A stretch of DNA of 64,000 nucleotides, taken from positions 49,104,001 to 49,168,000 of the forward strand of contig CM126223.1 in assembly GCA_052327205.1 (NCBI GenBank), read 5' to 3'. Position 1 is the stretch's first letter; each line of letters starts with the position of its first letter. Source of the DNA: Somniosus microcephalus. Lineage: Eukaryota. Both the position numbers and the translations under genes were made by a program. Under the pieces are notes generated by a model. That model was not told the origin of the DNA, made no database searches, and was given only the letters and a program-made list of their open reading frames with translations. Of the stretch, positions 26,316-38,422 are shown piece after piece.

Positions 26316-27916
26316 AACCATCCAATCACACTTCCCCAGTTACACGTTGGAAATAAGTTGAGAAGCTGTCCTATGACTGTTCAGGATTGGTTCTTTTTTT
26401 CTCTAGAGTGTTGTCTTTGAAAGTAGTTTTCTCCACAGTTACTGCTGACCCGGCTCTGGAACCTGTCACTGACGTGTGCTAAAGTGGCCTGGTGATGAGA
26501 GCTTCTCCGATACACTCACGATGGGCCAAACGGCCTCCTTCTGTGCTGTATCATTCTATGATTCTCCACCTCCTCCCCCTTTTCTTTCCCCGTGGGCTCT
26601 GGTCTGCATTGGGCACAATGACGAGGCTGAAATAGGGAACTCGGATTTATGTAATCAGCCCATTTCAAACGCTCTGTGGTTTGGGACTGAATTATCAAAT
26701 ATAAGAACACTAGTGGAAATTGAATTAGCCCCTTATGAATAGGCCACACACTTCCCTAAATATCACATCGCAAAATAGCAAAGTGTAAGTGATTCAAAAC
26801 CAACTTCAGGTTAATTGCAACATTTTTTAAATCAAAAATTGAAATAGGAAACTATTGAGTGATGTAAGCCAATTCGAATGTTTTTTTTAGGCAGAGGTGT
26901 TTACAAGTAACTCTTAAACTTAAATTACTAATTACTGATTAAATTAGAGTATTCCAGGATAAGGGGCTTTAGATGAAAGTATTTAAATACTTTCATTTAA
27001 AAATGACACGCAGCGTTTACCAGTCAGATGCATTGAATATGAGGCAGGTAAGATCGCTCCCATCTCTGGTCTCTGCCGGAGCTGCACCAAGAGTGAAGGC
27101 ATCAAGCGGAGGCTGCAGTCTTTGCCTGCAGGGCAGAGGAGAGAACCTCGCTTGATGGTTCTCCCTGGTATACAGGGGCGTTGATTGTGGTCTGGGAAAC
27201 AGAGCATCCTGGCAGCAGCAGCAGCAGTGTCGCGAATGGGCGAATAAAAGATAAATTGTAGGCTATATGTTTGTCATTCCAAAATAATAATCACCTGAAA
27301 ACGTTTGCCTGAGGATTACATACCGTCTGATCGGATTGGAGCTGCCATTCCTGAGTCGTGACCCGGACCACTGGCAAAGCTTTTATATTGCGGGATCCGC
27401 AGAAACTGTAGCAAACCCCCACCCCCTCAGGAGGGTCAACCTACTCGCCGCTCGGCTGAACTCCCAGCTCCTGTCTGACACTGCTGCTCCAGGGATTGAA
27501 ATTCCACTGCACACTGAGCGACACTTCCTGATCTCGTAATAGTTTTGCAAGGACAGGGATTTTCTCCCAAAGCCTGCAACACGATCCCATCCTCCAGAAC
27601 ATTCGCGTCAGGTTGGAGCTGATTTGTGGTGGTCAGAGGCAAGTCCTGAAGTGAAGTGGGGGTGGGTGGGGATGGAATAGAGTGAGCCCAAGATCAGCCA
27701 TGATCTTATTGAATGGCAGAGCAGGCTCGAGGGGCCAAGTGGCCTGTTCCTGCTCCTATTTCTTATGACGGTCTACTGGGGGAGAAGGGGGAAAGAAAGA
27801 GAGAAATGCTGCTGTGAACTAGAATGGACGAGGATGAGAAGGGGTGAAGGATGTCGATGTGAACTGGGGATAAGAATGCCGGCATAGACTGGGGTACAGG
27901 TGGGAAGAAGAAAGAG

Positions 27917-28362
27917 AAATCCCAGCATGAACTGGGGGGCTGGTGGGGAGGAGAGAGTGAGGAGGAATTTTTTCACCCAGAGAGTGGTGAACCTGTGGAA
28001 TTCTCTACCACAAAAGGCAGTTGAGGCCAATTCATTAAATATATTCAAGAAGGAGTTAGATATATTTCTTAAGGGTAAAGGGAATCAAGGGATATGGGGA
28101 GAAAGCAGGGACAGGGTACTGAATTTGGATGATCAGCCATGATCTCATTAAATGGGTGGAGCATGCTCGAGGGGCCGAATGGCCTACTCCTACTATGTTT
28201 CTATGAAATCCCAGCATAAACTGGGGGGCTGGTGGGGAGGAGAAAGTAAAATCCCAGCATGAACTGGGGGGCTGGTGGGGTGGAGTAAGTAAAATCCCAG
28301 CATGAACTGGGGGGCTGGTGGGGCAGAGTAAGTAAAATCCCAGCAGAGAGAGAAATCCCAGT
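27917..28362 (+). repeat. ~42-bp minisatellite (aaatcccagcatgaactggggggctggtgggg...) split by a CR1 3' fragment at about 27959-28205
   Basis: One unit at 27917, three more full units from about 28206 and partial units after; the intervening segment encodes RRNFFTQRVVNLWNSLPQKAVEA. Confidence 0.85.
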
Positions 28363-29800
28363 ATCCAGTCAGTTATGCAGAAGGCTGCTCGGCCCATTAT
28401 TAGCAACATGCTAACGGTCACCAGTTTCAAGCCTCCTGCAATCCCTGTAAAGTGAGCCTTTGCCTTCCTGTGAGAGAAGCAGATTCCACCAGCAAACGTA
28501 GTTAGACACATGAGAGGCTTGAGGTGGAGAGGAAGTTGCCACTAAATTTGGCATGAATGGTGCTGCTGTTGGCAAGAGCACCAGTCATGTTTGGTTTACT
28601 GCCAGGGTGACTGCTTGCTGCTTATACATGGGTTGTACCTCTGGTGCAGGTGACCATCCATTTTGGTGTAAATGCCCTTTGTCTTTCGACTGCACTTTGC
28701 ACCCTCTGGTTGTAGAACCTGACTGAAAGTAGGAGCTTCACACTGTCACCTTCCAGACTGGAGAAGGTTCTTAACTAATGACAAGTTGACAAGTTTGTCA
28801 CTGAACACTTGGGTTCACAGCCCCCTGAAATTGTGGGGGAAATCTCAGTTGGGGGTACCTGTAATTCCTTTCGACTGTTGTCTGCGAGTACCTTGTTGCT
28901 GTTTAATCGCGGTGTATTGAGAAGTTAGACCCGTTACCTTTCATTAGATATTTGCCCTTTGAAATTAAGTGACTTGCGGCTCTGTTACCACAGTGGTGCT
29001 CGTCCAATGGGGCACTTTACACGTGCTCCCAGGCTCACAACTCTACAATTATCGGCCAATTCCTTGGACGTGCCCCGCTCTTCCACATGCGACTCTTCCC
29101 CCTTCCCCTCTTCCACCCCCCCTCCCCCCCCCACACTGCCTGTTGTCAACTCCACGTTTTGGTTTTTTCAATTATTTTGCCAGTTAGACCGTAACTGTCA
29201 AAGCTGCATGCCACGCTAAGTCCTTTTTGACTTGCTTTGATGTCGTAAAAGTATTTTGGTGGTGTGATTCATGTAAATGCATGCAGTGGCGAGGCCTCCG
29301 TTTGAGCCAGTCAGATTCAAGGTTTCAAATAAGCTGCAATCAATAATTTTTTTAAAGAAGTGTTTTGCCTCTGTACCCTGCAACAGCTTAACTTAGCAAT
29401 GTGGAAATTCAGTGAGGAATATTTTGATTTTTCTATCAATGGTCAAAATGAATAATCTCTCTCTTTAAGTTACTTTGATGCCTCTCAATGTCCTTGTTGC
29501 CAGGTTGGAGTGTTACAGGGTGCAATACTGTTTTGTTGCTTTATGCATTGGCGTGATTTTGGTTTTTTAATGGAGTGTGCTTTGCTTTTTTTTTGCTGTG
29601 CTAACCTGCTTTCATGGTATAGCCCTGCAATTTTTAACATCTGCTTCTATTAATCTTAAAAAAAAAAGTATTACAGAAGTGTAGTCTTATTTTAATTCCA
29701 GTAAGTTTTAATACCTGCTTTTTAATAGCCTTAAAGTATTAAGAATGTACATAACTGTTTGTCATGTGCTGTCGGCTTATATTGTGCTCCCTATGTGCAG

Positions 29801-29924
29801 GTGAAAGTCATGACCGAGCTGGAGCTGCTCGCCGTGGCGTGTGAGCAGTTTCTGGGGAAAAGTGTCCAGGAGACCAAAAATGTGGTGCTGCAAACCCTAG
29901 AAGGACATCTCCGATCTATCTTGG
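29801..29924 (+). CDS. FLOT2: Flotillin-2 exon 4 (SPFH domain), 124 nt
   Basis: tgtgcAG| ... TTGG|GTaatt. VKVMTELELLAVACEQFLGKSVQETKNVVLQTLEGHLRSIL(G). Confidence 0.97.
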
Positions 29925-30263
29925 GTAATTGGTGGCCTTAAGTTTGTTTAAATTCTCATCCCAAAGCCTGCTCCTCAACCCCTACTCTCTTTTTAAAAAA
30001 GTTATTCGCACAATTCTAATGCTCAGTGGGTAGCGCAGTCTCCGTCGCTTATAGTGCACATGTTGGTGTTTACGCGATTAGCCCGCTATAAGCGTTGGCC
30101 GGTGCGTCTTCATTTACAGGGACTAGGACCTTCCTCGCTAATGAGGACCGAGAGCAGTGAACGGGGCCGCACTCACACAGCCAGGCGCCACTCCACGCCC
30201 GCTAGTTTCAGATTCTTCCCTTCGCAGACGGTGCGATTCTCTCCACAGTGAGCATGTGTTGTC

Positions 30264-30498
30264 CGACGTTCCCGCTAAGCTGCATGGCCGCCCAGCGGTC
30301 TGGAGGTCCCGCGCAGCCGGCTCACCGGCTTTTAAATGGGGAAAACCGCACCTGTTATTGGGGGAACGGAAGGATATGCAGGAGGCTCATTCAGCTGGGG
30401 CCAGCCAATCATTCCGTGGGAACTCAGTGATGTGAAGAACATCAAAGTTGGGAGTCAAAGGGGCCGCGCACCCGAAAAAGAAATTAGAGGGAACATTG
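30264..30498. mobile_element. Non-autonomous hAT-type MITE with internal captured segment
   Basis: TIRs cgacgttcccgctaa / ttagagggaacattg (12/15 match as inverted repeats); flanking 8-mers gtgttgtc / gcgctgcc differ only by three C/T transitions (decayed 8-bp TSD). Confidence 0.6.
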
Positions 30499-31460
30499 GC
30501 GCTGCCCTGTGTTTGCCCACATCCCTCCGCAACTGACCACACTTCATCTCCAATGTCGGGGGAAACGCTGCTTCCAACATCCAGCGGCTGATGAATGAAC
30601 CCGACGACCACCAAATCCAACTTAATAAAACCCGCTGAGACGCGGGGGGGGGGGGGAGGGGAGGAGGGGAAAGACAGACACAGAATGATCCGTGGAGGGA
30701 TTTAAATACATTATGATAATGTGGGGGGAAAAGCTTACTGAATTGCCAAAAATAGCCAGCGTGCTCAATGTGTTATAAGCAGCACCTTTGTAATTGACTT
30801 CATTGGAAACCGTTATTGACGAGTGTGGATGGAGTAAGTGGTGAGGACTCTTCCCTTTATGTGGATGGGTGATCTGCTCTGTTAGCTTTTGGTCACATGT
30901 CCCAATATCTCTCTGCGGCTCGGTGACAAGTTTTGTTTGATAACGTTCCTGCAAAGCGCCTTGGGATGTTCTACTATGTTAAAGGCGCTATATAAATGCA
31001 AGTAATTGTTGTTGAGCGATGGGTAAGCTTCCCTCCCATATTACCCCCTTTCCTCTATCCTTATGGGTAAGTTCCCAGCCTCCATACAAAGGAATGTGAG
31101 GGGGCGGGGAGGGGGGAGAAACCAGCAACTCCTGGGGCATTGCAGGCAGGAGCCGTATTTTGCACATTGAGGATGCATGGACCTTAAAGTTGATGTATCC
31201 TCACAAGCTTTCTCTCCACTTTAATACAATGGGGGTGAGGGTGGTGAGGCTATGTTGACAAAATCCACTTACAATCATTTTGCCACATTTGGGCAGCTAC
31301 ATTTGCTTTCTTCTCCACACTTGTCTCCTTCACTCTTGATCAGATATTCCAGTGAACCTGGCTCCCAACTTTGATGCTCTTCACATCACTGAGTTCCCAC
31401 GGAATGATTGGCTGGCCCGAGCTGAATGAGCCTCCTGCCTATCCTTCCGTTCCCCCAGTA
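30356..31460. repeat. 99-bp inverted repeat pair (30356-30454 and 31362-31460)
   Basis: The reverse complement of 31362-31460 aligns without gaps to 30356-30454 with 4 mismatches; the ORF track shows the same peptide on both strands. Confidence 0.95.
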
Positions 31461-31949
31461 GTATGTAGGCCAAATGTCAGTGGCCACGTGTTGAAATGCT
31501 GCCGAGTTACAGCTGCATTCCTCCCGAGATAACCATACAGAGTTCTGAACACTGGACAGAGGCATCGCAAGCCGTAGACATTGATTTTTGAAATGGGATC
31601 GACTTATAAAACAAATAACAACTTTCCCAGTCACAACCAATGCGAGAATCAATTTAAAATTTAGTTCAAAGTCAGTTCTTCACAAGAACACTACAGTTAT
31701 CAATAAATCCTACGTTTAAAGTAAATTGCCTACCTAAATCACAATTTAAAATCCAAATGTGACATCACTACTTGATTTACCTAAACATCACTCCCACTGT
31801 TAAAGTAAGAATTTATAAAGTGCCTTTCACAGCCTCAGGCTGCCCCGAAGTGCTTTACAGCCAATCCAGTACTTTTGAACTGGTGTAATGTAAGAATCGC
31901 ATCAGCCAGTTTGCACACAGCAAGGTCCCATAAACCGCAATGTGACACT

Positions 31950-32066
31950 GACCCCACCCCAGCCCGTCTCTCTTTTCCCCCCCCCCCCCCAGCCCGTGTC
32001 TCCCCTCCTTCCCCCCCCCCCCCGTCTCTCTCTCTCTTTCCCCCCCCCCCCCCCCCCCCCCCCGCC
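31950..32066 (+). repeat. C-rich low-complexity/pyrimidine tract with imperfect repeats
   Basis: Several long poly-C runs separated by agcccgtctctc-like units. Confidence 0.8.
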
Positions 32067-32316
32067 AAGTCAGTGGCTGTTGCCACCCATTGGAACAGAG
32101 TTTTTTTTTAAAGCGTTTAACAATCTTTTATTTAATTGCGACTTTAAGTTTTAACCTTTTTATAAAACTTAAATCCCTGGTAGAGTTGCAGGCTGATGGG
32201 TTGTTTCTCTCCCCGCCCCCCCGCCAAAGCCCCCAAAAGAATTAGTGGAAAACCGGATCCGCCAGCTTTTGGACTCGTTGGTGTGGACTGACTGAATTTT
32301 TCTTCCTCTCCCACAG

Positions 32317-32435
32317 GAACACTGACGGTTGAAGCCATCTATCAGGACCGAGATCAGTTTGCTCAGCTGGTACGTGAAGTGGCCGCTCCTGATGTAGGCC
32401 GCATGGGAATCGAGATCCTCAGCTTCACCATCAAG
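32317..32435 (+). CDS. FLOT2: Flotillin-2 exon 5, 119 nt
   Basis: ctctcccacAG| ... AAG|GTatga. (G)TLTVEAIYQDRDQFAQLVREVAAPDVGRMGIEILSFTIK. Confidence 0.97.
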
Positions 32436-32649
32436 GTATGAGAAAGGAAATGTACTTCGAATGCAGAAATATCTGCCGACAACTTTAATTTCACTCGCTA
32501 CTTTGTTTTTTAATGAATTCAAAAAGCTCCCGTCAGCAGCTGGATCCAAGGTTTGCAGAAACAGGCAAAAAGAGGCAAATGGAGTAAACACATTGAGCAC
32601 TCGCTGTGCATCAGGGAATTTGTCCCTTCCTCCACTTGGTGCGGTTCCA

Positions 32650-33320
32650 TAGAAATAGGAGGAGGCCATTCAGCCCCTCGAGCCTGTACCACCATTGAAT
32701 TAGACCACTGCTGATCTGTATCTTAACTCCATTTACTCGACTTGGTTCCGTAGCCCTTAACACCCTTGCCTAACAAAAATCTATCGATCTCAGTTCTGAA
32801 ATTTCCAATTGACCCCCAGCCTCAACAGCTATTTGGGGGAGAGTGTTTCAGATTTCCAGGACCCTTTGTGTGAAGAAGTGCTTCCTGACATCACCCCTGA
32901 ACGGCCTGGCTCTTTGTTCTGGACAAACCAGAGGAAATAGTTTCTCTCTCGCTACTCTATCGAATCCTTTAATCATCTTAAACACTCAATTACATCACCC
33001 CTTAATCTTCTATACTCGAGGGAACACGAGCCTTGTCTGTGCAACCTGTCCTCGGAATTTAAGCCTCTAAGCCCCGGGTATCGATCTGGTGAATCTGCGC
33101 TGCCCCCCCCTCCAAGGCCAGTATCTCCTTCCTGAGGAGTGGGGCCCAGAACTGAACGCATTACTCTAGCCAGAGCTTTATATAACTCTAACATAACTTC
33201 CACCCCTTTGTATTCCAGCCCCCTTGGGATAAAGGCCAACATTCCATTAGCCTTTTAAATTATTTTTATGATACCTGTCCACTAGCTTTGTGATTTCTGT
33301 GCTTAGACCCCTAAATCTCT
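32650..33320 (-). mobile_element. CR1 3' fragment
   Basis: Minus ORF MLAFIPRGLEYKGVEVMLELYKAL...LEYRRLRGDVIE plus CR1 3' tail at 32650. Confidence 0.85.
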
Positions 33321-34544
33321 CTTATAAGGGTAGAAAGCTGATTTTCATGCATGTGTGTGGTTTACAAAAAAAGTAGCTTGTGGCATATTTGCATTTAAGT
33401 ACCACAGCTTCCCACGCTGCTTGCTCTCGATTTGAATCAGGCCACCTGAGGGGGAGCCAGCCAGTGAAGACGAGCTGTTTCCACGCAGAGATTGTTGGTA
33501 CACCCAGGCTGTGGTTTGTCCGCCTCCTATGTGCTCAGTTATAGAGCGGTGTTGGCAGAGCCTCGCGAGCAGATGGCCTGCCTACCCTCTTGGCTGCAAA
33601 GTGGTGTATTTGGAGGAAGGGCAGAGCGGAGGGGGGAGGGAACTGAAGAGGGCACGTTTAAAGAGTACCTTGTGGCGTCTGCTGCTGGCGGTTGCTTTCT
33701 CTTTGGAGCTGTGGTTATCTTCTGTTTCACCTGTTTTTTTTTTTCCAATTGTGAAGTGTTAGATGAATTTTCATTGTTCATGGACTGCTGCAGGAGTTAT
33801 TATTGCAGGATGTAGATGATTCAGAACTTGAAGCTCCTATCTAGGTTAGTGCATTCCTCCAGGCATTTTTATTCTAATCTCTAGAAAGGGAGTTCAAGGC
33901 AGCTCCTTCTAAAGGCTCCCTGATGGCGCAGCTGGTTATAGCACCAAGTAGCTCAGGTGCCCAGGCTTAAGAGGTCCCAGGTTCCCAGTGTTGAACTCAG
34001 CAGGAGTGACACTAGGGTCACTAAATTTGGCCTCACGAGAGAGTTGAAATTGGTCAGGGCTCCCGCTCCTACAGTGACCTCTACAGATGTGTGGTCAATG
34101 CACGATCTGAAAGGGAGGTGGAAGCAAAAGGCAATTGGAAAGGAAAAATAGCGGTGCCTTTTGGAAGCAAAGGGCAGGGGTGATAAGTGAGCGGGATTTT
34201 GTATAAGATTCAGGTGCAGAGTTCTAGCGTTAGAGTTTACGTAAGGCGAAGGTCAAGTGTCTGACGAGGGGAAGTCGGTCTGGAGCTGCCGAAGGCATGA
34301 ATGAGGTTTTCAGCAGCAGTGTGGCAAGGTAGGGATGGAGATGGGCGATAGTTGTGAGATGTAAGTAGGCAGTCTTGATTGCCTATATGTGGGGTTTGAA
34401 GCTGTGCTCGGGAGCTGTGCAATGTTGTTTCAAAACAATTCATTGTATCTGAAGTGATTCGGACATGAGATGTGTTGAGGCACATTATAAATACGAGTTG
34501 TTTTTCTTTTACAACTACAGCTTGCTTCCCCAGTAAAAAATTAT

Positions 34545-34870
34545 TTCCACAACGTCTTTCACATCCTCAGACCGTCCCAAAGAGCTTTACAGCCAATGAA
34601 GTACTTTTGAAGTGTAGTCACTGTTGTAATGTAGGAAACATGGCAGCCAATTTGTGCACAGCAAGCTCCCACAAACAGCAATGTGATAATGACCAGATAA
34701 TCTGTTCTGGTGATACTGGTTGAGGGACAAATATTGGCAGGACACCGGGGAGAATTCCCCTGTTCTCCTTCAGTGCCTTGAGATCTTTTACGTCTACCTG
34801 AGGGCAGATGGGGCCTTGGTTAAACGTCTCATCCAAAAGACGGCACCTCTGACAGTGCAGCACTCCCTCA
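34545..34870 (-). mobile_element. SacSINE1/DeuSINE-like SINE
   Basis: Reverse complement of the SINE body seen at 16175 and 43745. Confidence 0.8.
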
Positions 34871-35040
34871 GTACTGCCCCTCCGACAGTGCGGCGTTCTC
34901 TCAGCACTGCCCCTCCGACACTGCGGCGCTCCCTCAGTACTGCCATTCCTACGGTGCGCCCCTCCCTCAGTACTGCCCCTCCGACAGTGCGGCGCTCCCT
35001 CAGTACTGCCCCTCCGACAGTGCGGCGCTCCCTCAGTACT
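34846..35040 (+). repeat. 33-bp tandem repeat (about 6 copies) derived from the SINE body
   Basis: Unit cctccgacagtgcggcgctccctcagtactgcc, contiguous with the SINE; no unique spacers. Confidence 0.92.
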
Positions 35041-37414
35041 CCAGTGGCCGTGTACCTCAGTTATATGAAAACCTTGATGTGTGTCAGCAAGCTAACTTAA
35101 CATGGGAGGCATCAAAGCCAAGTCAGTTCCACTTCTCCCCCGGCATCCTCTATAGGGTACTGTCCATCTGCAGTCACAGATGTTTATTTTCAGCCCCCCC
35201 AACCCCCACCCCTGAGGCTGCTTGTAGCTCAGCTACCACCTCCCTGCCTGAGATCAGCTAACTCCACACAGACCAGAGATTGAACCTGGGATCTTCCTGA
35301 TCCTTGTGCCTCAGCCACTGACTGATCCACCGGGGAAACTGTAATGAGAATCACACAGAATGTACAGCAGAGAAACAGGCCATTCGGCCCAACTGGTCCA
35401 TGCCGGTGTTTATGCTCCACAGGACCCTCCTCCCATCCCTCTTCATCTCACCTTATCAGCATAACCCTCTATTCCTTTCTCATGTGTTTATCTAGCTTTC
35501 ACTTAAATGCATCTCAAGAGACATTTTTTAAAAACAGTGCAAGTGGGAATACCCAGTCATATTTTGCATACAGATCACAGCTACCTACCGCAGTGCCAAA
35601 TATCTGGGGTGGGAACTTTAAGACAACCCCTCAGAAGAAGGGTATTATACACCCTGTGCTATTGAGTGAGCCATAATATTGTAAAGCAGGAGGGCATTTC
35701 TTCAACTTGTACCTGTTCAGTGGAACTCTAGCTCCCTTCTCTGTGAAGCTTGTGATATTGGAAGCACACATTCACACAACTCCATGCAGTTGACGAGAGC
35801 TGTGTTATTTTTAGTCTGAAATTTTAAAACCATGTTAAGAATGTGATGAGAATTTTTGGTTTATATTTTAAGACCTGACACAGTATATGCTGTGCTTGCA
35901 TTTCCCAGCACTATTTAAACATTGGGAATATGTAATACCTTAACCCTATGATTGCCTAATTAATACCTCTTTTTTTAAAGTACATTTTTCATGCTTCACT
36001 GAAAAAGCACTGACATTTATAATAGTACTTTCTCGCATCTTAAATTGCAGTGACTGTGTGCACAAACGCAGCAGCCATCTTGCAGACAGTGGAATCGGCA
36101 ATCAAGTGTTTATTTTAGTGGGAGGGCTGTTGACCAGGACGCCGAGAATGATTGTGTCGTGGGATTTCTAGCATCCACTGGAATGACCGAAACCGGCAAA
36201 CCAGGCCTTGGTTTGGTCATCCCTTCTCGAGAACGACACCTCCGACAATGTAGCACTCCCTCAGTGCTGCACTAAGGTGTCAGCTTAGATAATGCGCTCA
36301 AGCCCGAGCGTGGGGCTTGAACCCACAGCCGTGTGACTCGAAGGTGAAAGGAATAGTGAAATCCACGGACGATTGAACTTGTGGAATTATCCGAACTGAA
36401 ATCTAATCGAGTTCCCTTCCTGTGGTGCAGAAATGGTGCTGTGATTCTGAAAGGATTAAACATCAAGGGCCGCAGGCGACATGAGCTAATGCATCAACCA
36501 AGTACTAGGGATGGAAACAATTTGGAAAGTGCTGACTTGCAATCTGAGCGACTTTCCATTTAGTGCAGGAACACAGGGGAATTTGCATTGTGGGCCAACA
36601 TTCACTGACTGACTGATCCCCGCCATTTTCAGTGGTTGTTGGAACATTTTTCCCACATGGTGAAACTGCCCCATGAAGCAACACTGATTTTAAAGTAATG
36701 TGATTCCTTGACTTTTAAAGATTCACCAGTAAAATCCACATCCCGCAGAAAGTGACGGTTCAGCCTCTTTGTTCAGGACGCGCCTTAGTTGTTTTAACAG
36801 GCGTGTCAGTAATATTTACTAATGGCATTTTTCAAATTCCTGTGAATTTTTAATATGGAAAATGTTCCTCATTGCCAATATTGCGATTGTCTCTGATTTT
36901 GAAAGTTCTAACCTAATCTCAGACTGGAGTTTAAAATGTCAAGAGTCTGGATTAAATTTACGACCCTTTTTTGACTCTCCACGTTGCTCTCAAAATAGCC
37001 ATTGCCCATTGGTTCTTCCCCTGATGGTTCCTTCCCTCTCTCACCATTGGGGAAGTGTTTTCGTTCTGTACACCTCCTCCAGCACGGCTGAGATCAGGAA
37101 CTTGCGGAGTGGAGAGTCGCAATCCTCGGCTGGAGTCACCCTGTTACTTAGGGCAGGGTTGAGCGTCAGTCAGCTAAAGCTTTAGTTCACCAGACATCCT
37201 TTCAAAGCATAATTTAAAAGCCACTTTTCGTTTAGTTTATGGGGGGGCAGGGATGAAGTGGGGATAAGTTTTGATACAGAAACAAACTAGTTACCATGTG
37301 GATGTCTGTTAAGCTTGGAGACAAATGCTTTTTGGACACATGGTGGGCTTTATTGAAGGACCTGGAATAAGAAATACAGACGTCTGTAGAGAAGGATCCG
37401 AAGATCATTTTTTT

Positions 37415-37757
37415 ATTCATTCACAAGATGTGGGTGTCACTGGGAAGCCCAGCATTTATTGCCCATCCCTAAACAATTGAATGGCTCGCTGGGCCATTTC
37501 AGAGGGCCTGGAGTCCACATATAGGCCAGACCGGGTAAGGGCGGCAGATTTCCTTCCCTAAAGTACATTAGTGAACCAGATGGGTTTTTACGACAATCGC
37601 AGTAGCTACATGGTCACCATTACTGATACAGTACTAGCTTTTTATTCCAGATTTATTTAATTAACTGAATTTAAATTCCCCAGCTGCCATGTCTCCAAAT
37701 CATTCGTCCAGGCCTCTGGATTACTGGTCCAGTAACACAACCGCTATGCTACCGTTC
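37415..37757 (-). mobile_element. tRNA-derived SINE with CR1-type 3' tail
   Basis: 37415-37470 is the reverse complement of the LINE tail seen at 12060-12120; tRNA-like head near 37700-37757. Confidence 0.55.
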
Positions 37758-38016
37758 TTTTAAAACAGAATTAGATAGTTGCTTGAAACTGAGGAACACT
37801 AAAGGGCGAGGGGGAGCCAGCTGAAGAGTGGAATTAAACTATGTGGCTCAAATTAAATCCAACACCGGCATAGAGTGAATGAAGTGCACGGCCTGTTTCC
37901 GTACTGAAACTTCCTGCGGGTCTGTGACCTGCATCTAGTTCCACTTGAACCATTTACCAACATGTTCAGCATTGTCGATCCTTGGCAGTCATAACCTGAA
38001 ATCAGTCTTTTGTTTC

Positions 38017-38126
38017 AAATAAAAACCAGAAAATGCCCGGGAACACTCAGCAGGTCAGGCAGCATCTGTGGAGAGAGAGAAACTGAGTTAACATTTCGGG
38101 TTGATGACCTTTCGTCAGAACTGGAA
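38017..38126 (-). mobile_element. Penelope-like terminal remnant with decayed hammerhead motif
   Basis: Minus strand reads gttCTGACGAaaggtcatcaacccGAAAtgttaactc. Confidence 0.65.
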
Positions 38127-38422
38127 ATTTTTTATTTGTTTGAAGAGCTTCCTGTTCGAAGGCTCTGTGAAGCAAACAGGAGAGTGGGATTGGTCTAGAT
38201 GGTTCATGTGAAGAGAAACCTGGTGTATTGTCTTTTTTTGTGTTGTAACAGTCGATGATTCAATACTTGTTTGCATTCGTTCCATTTGTGGGTTGGATTT
38301 GATTTCCACCAACACGGGCTGCGTTGCTGACTCTTGCGGTTAAGCGTTTTTCTCCGATGAATGGCTGTTCAAGGTGCTGGTGGCCTCCCTCCTTCTCTAA
38401 GCTCCTGCTCTTTGCGTTACAG

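Noticed and set aside
26973-27053. ATG-initiated ORF ending at a strong phase-0 donor CAG|GTAAGA
   Set aside because: No good acceptor or promoter evidence and no homology; isolated donors are common in long introns.
28994-29075. Peptide ...IIGQFLGR resembling exon 4 CEQFLGK (possible duplicated exon 4)
   Set aside because: Only a four-residue match, no similarity on either side and no suitable donor.
31950-32066. Poly-C tracts as a functional i-motif/G4 element
   Set aside because: Homopolymer C/G runs are scattered throughout the window and their lengths are error-prone in assemblies; no specific support.
34846-35040. 33-bp repeat array as a CRISPR array or repeat protein (TAPPTVRRSLS ORF)
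   Set aside because: Head-to-tail units without unique spacers, derived from a SINE, in a vertebrate intron.
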